A stretch of 64,000 bases of DNA from NCBI GenBank assembly GCA_019449455.1, contig JAGRPO010000088.1:459-64458 (forward strand), written 5' to 3'. This document shows positions 62,266 through 64,000 of the stretch, one piece after another. Position 1 is the stretch's first letter. Each line of letters begins with the position of its first letter. Origin of the DNA: Betaproteobacteria bacterium (GTDB lineage: Bacteria; Pseudomonadota; Gammaproteobacteria; Burkholderiales; Usitatibacteraceae). The notes beneath the pieces are model-generated. The model was not told where the DNA came from. It made no database searches and saw only the letters and a list, made by a program, of their open reading frames with translations. Position numbers and translations under genes: made by a program.

Positions 62266-62481
62266 GGTTGCCTCCGTCTCGACCCAGGATCCAGAATGAA
62301 GACACGGGACACGGCGGTCTGTTCGTTAGCGTACATCGCCGGCGACCAGGCCGGGCTTCGTCCGGCCGGCAACATGCGCCGGGGTTCGCGGGGCGACGGG
62401 CCCGCGCTTTGCGCGCGCGCAAGCGGCGCCCCCGGGGTCGCGACGTATAATCGGCCGCGTTCCCCTGCCGTCCGGAAGCCG

Positions 62482-63414
62482 ATGCCCGCCAATCCCGCTG
62501 CGCAACACGACGACATATCGCCCGGCTCGCTGCGTGCGTGGGCCGTCGCCGTTCGCCCGAAGACGCTCCCGATCGCGGCCATTCCTGTGGTCGTCGGCAC
62601 GTCGCTCGCGTGGATGCACGGGGCGGCCATCCTCCCCTGGGTCGCCGCGCTCGCCTTCGTGGCCTCGATCATCATGCAGGTCATCACCAACCTCCAGAAC
62701 GACGTCGGCTACACGGCGCGCGGGCTCGAGACGGGCCTGCGCGTGGGCCTGCCGCGCGCCACGGCGAAGGGATGGCTCACACCCGCGGAAGTCCGGCGCG
62801 CGATCGCGGTCGCCATCGCGGGCGCCACGCTCGTCGGAACGCCGCTCGCGTTGCACGCGGGGCCGGCGGTGGCCGGGATCGGGGTGGCGTCGGTCCTCGC
62901 GGCGCTCTCCTACATGGGCGGGCCGCGCCCCATCGCGTACACGCCCTTCGGCGAGCTCGCGGTGTTCGTGTTCTTCGGGCTGGTGGCGGTGCTGGGCACC
63001 TACCTCCTGCACGCCGGTGCCGGCGGGCCGACGGTGTGGCTCGCGGCGATCGCGATCGGCTTGCACGCGGCGGCGGTCCTCGTCGTCAACAACCATCGCG
63101 ACGCGGATCACGACCGCCGCACGGGGCGGCGCACGTTCGCGGCGACGTTCGGCAAGGACGCCTCCGCCGCGCTCTATGCCGCCACGCTGTGGACGCCCTT
63201 CGCCATCGTGTCGCTCATGGCCGTCGCGGACGCCCGCCCCGGCCTCGCGGCGCCGCTCCTGCTCCTGCCGATGGCGTGGCGACTTCAGCGCGATTTCGCG
63301 AACCTGCCCCCCGGCCCCGCCTTCAACTTCATCCTGTTCCGCACGGTGAAGCTCGAGCTCTTCTTCGGCGCCGCCTTGTCGGCGGGCGCGGCGCTGCAAC
63401 GCCTCGCGTCCTGA
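62482..63414 (+). CDS. menA: 1,4-dihydroxy-2-naphthoate polyprenyltransferase (UbiA superfamily)
   Basis: ATG at 62482 within ORF 61504..63414. WAVAVRPKTLP..., NLQNDVGY (NxxxD), VNNHRDADHDRRTGRRT (second Asp-rich motif). Confidence 0.78.
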   Translation: MPANPAAQHDDISPGSLRAWAVAVRPKTLPIAAIPVVVGTSLAWMHGAAILPWVAALAFVASIIMQVITNLQNDVGYTARGLETGLRVGLPRATAKGWLTPAEVRRAIAVAIAGATLVGTPLALHAGPAVAGIGVASVLAALSYMGGPRPIAYTPFGELAVFVFFGLVAVLGTYLLHAGAGGPTVWLAAIAIGLHAAAVLVVNNHRDADHDRRTGRRTFAATFGKDASAALYAATLWTPFAIVSLMAVADARPGLAAPLLLLPMAWRLQRDFANLPPGPAFNFILFRTVKLELFFGAALSAGAALQRLAS

Positions 63415-63476
63415 GGCACGGGGCATACGTCACGCGACGGCTTGCCGGATCCGGGCAGGCGGCGCGCCCGCCGACG

Positions 63477-64000
63477 TCAGGACCGGGTGCCGATCGCCTG
63501 CAGCAGCGGCGAGAATACCTTGGGGTTGGCCGCGACGATGCGGCCGCCTTCGAGGAATCCCTCTCCACCCTCGAAATCCCCGACCATGCCCCCGGCCTCG
63601 CGCACGAGAAGCGCGCCCCCGGCCATGTCCCAGGGCGACAAGCCCATCTCCCAGAAGCCGTCGAGGCGCCCGGCAGCGACCCAGGCGAGGTCGAGTGCCG
63701 CCGCGCCGGGCCGGCGAACGCCGGCGACGCGGCGCGTGACCTCGCCGAACATGCGCAGGTATTCGTCGAAGTGCGCGAACTCGCGAAACGGGAAACCCGT
63801 GCCGATGAGCGCCTCGTCGAGCCTGTCGGCCGCGCTCACGCGGATGCGGCGGTCGTTCATGAAGGCGCCCGCGCCGCGCGTGGCCGTGAAGAGCTCGTTG
63901 CGGTTGGGGTCGTAGACGACGGCCTGCTGCAGCACGCCCTTGTGCTTGAGGGCGATCGACACGCAGTACTGCGGGAAGCCGTGCAGGAAGTTGGTGGTGC
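63477..64000 (-). CDS. suhB: Inositol monophosphatase family protein (partial; N-terminus beyond the right edge)
   Basis: ORF 63477..63962 continues in frame to the window edge. ...LGTGFPF..., [23 protein letters not shown] and [17 protein letters not shown] are IMPase motifs. Confidence 0.85.
   Translation of the reverse strand, partial: TTNFLHGFPQYCVSIALKHKGVLQQAVVYDPNRNELFTATRGAGAFMNDRRIRVSAADRLDEALIGTGFPFREFAHFDEYLRMFGEVTRRVAGVRRPGAAALDLAWVAAGRLDGFWEMGLSPWDMAGGALLVREAGGMVGDFEGGEGFLEGGRIVAANPKVFSPLLQAIGTRS

Overview
This is a very GC-rich proteobacterial chromosomal segment: codon third positions are almost always G/C. Most long ORFs in the six-frame track are therefore antisense or out-of-frame shadows of real genes. 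I can support 64 protein-coding genes (two run off the window edges) and one tRNA-Arg(ACG). I also find several intrinsic terminators and REP-like hairpins, and a few candidate operator or activator sites. I see no rRNA, CRISPR array, transposase, integrase or phage genes.

Housekeeping genes (fadD, ald, dapA-bamC, bcp, slyD, mutS, menA, suhB, a TAXI-TRAP transporter, a Na/Pi transporter) are interspersed with redox and signalling modules.

**Main candidate for an undescribed system (22.4-33.1 kb).** This is a tightly packed 10-gene minus-strand operon, with ctaA divergent from it. In transcription order it encodes:
- a small TM peptide;
- a CuA-type subunit II;
- a B-family-like haem-copper oxidase (HCO) subunit I that lacks the cross-link Tyr;
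- haem O synthase;
- SCO1/SenC;
- a dihaem cytochrome b fused to [2Fe-2S] and an FAD/NAD(P)H reductase;
- a single-TM protein;
- a paralogous cytochrome b fused to 2x[4Fe-4S] and an MvhD-like domain;
- a second, orphan 473-aa HCO-like subunit that keeps all six metal-ligand His;
- a CtaA-like membrane protein.

A perfect TTGAAC-N2-GTTCAA Crp/Fnr-type box lies upstream of the operon. Downstream on the same strand are a Dnr/NnrR-like regulator and a LOV histidine kinase / FixJ-type regulator / HD-GYP phosphodiesterase module.

**Other notable loci:**
- a Rieske protein plus a cytochrome b6-like protein fused to a roughly 12-haem cytochrome c;
- a truncated pyruvate-phosphate-dikinase (ATP-grasp plus swivel-His, no PEP/pyruvate barrel) translationally coupled to a 645-aa protein with a DUF47/PhoU-like C-terminus;
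- a hydrolase gene next to the tRNA, bracketed by a 40-nt direct repeat;
- a REP/iteron-like repeat array at 54.05-54.15 kb.

All functional calls rest on motif recognition by eye. No database search was possible, so novelty claims are hypotheses.
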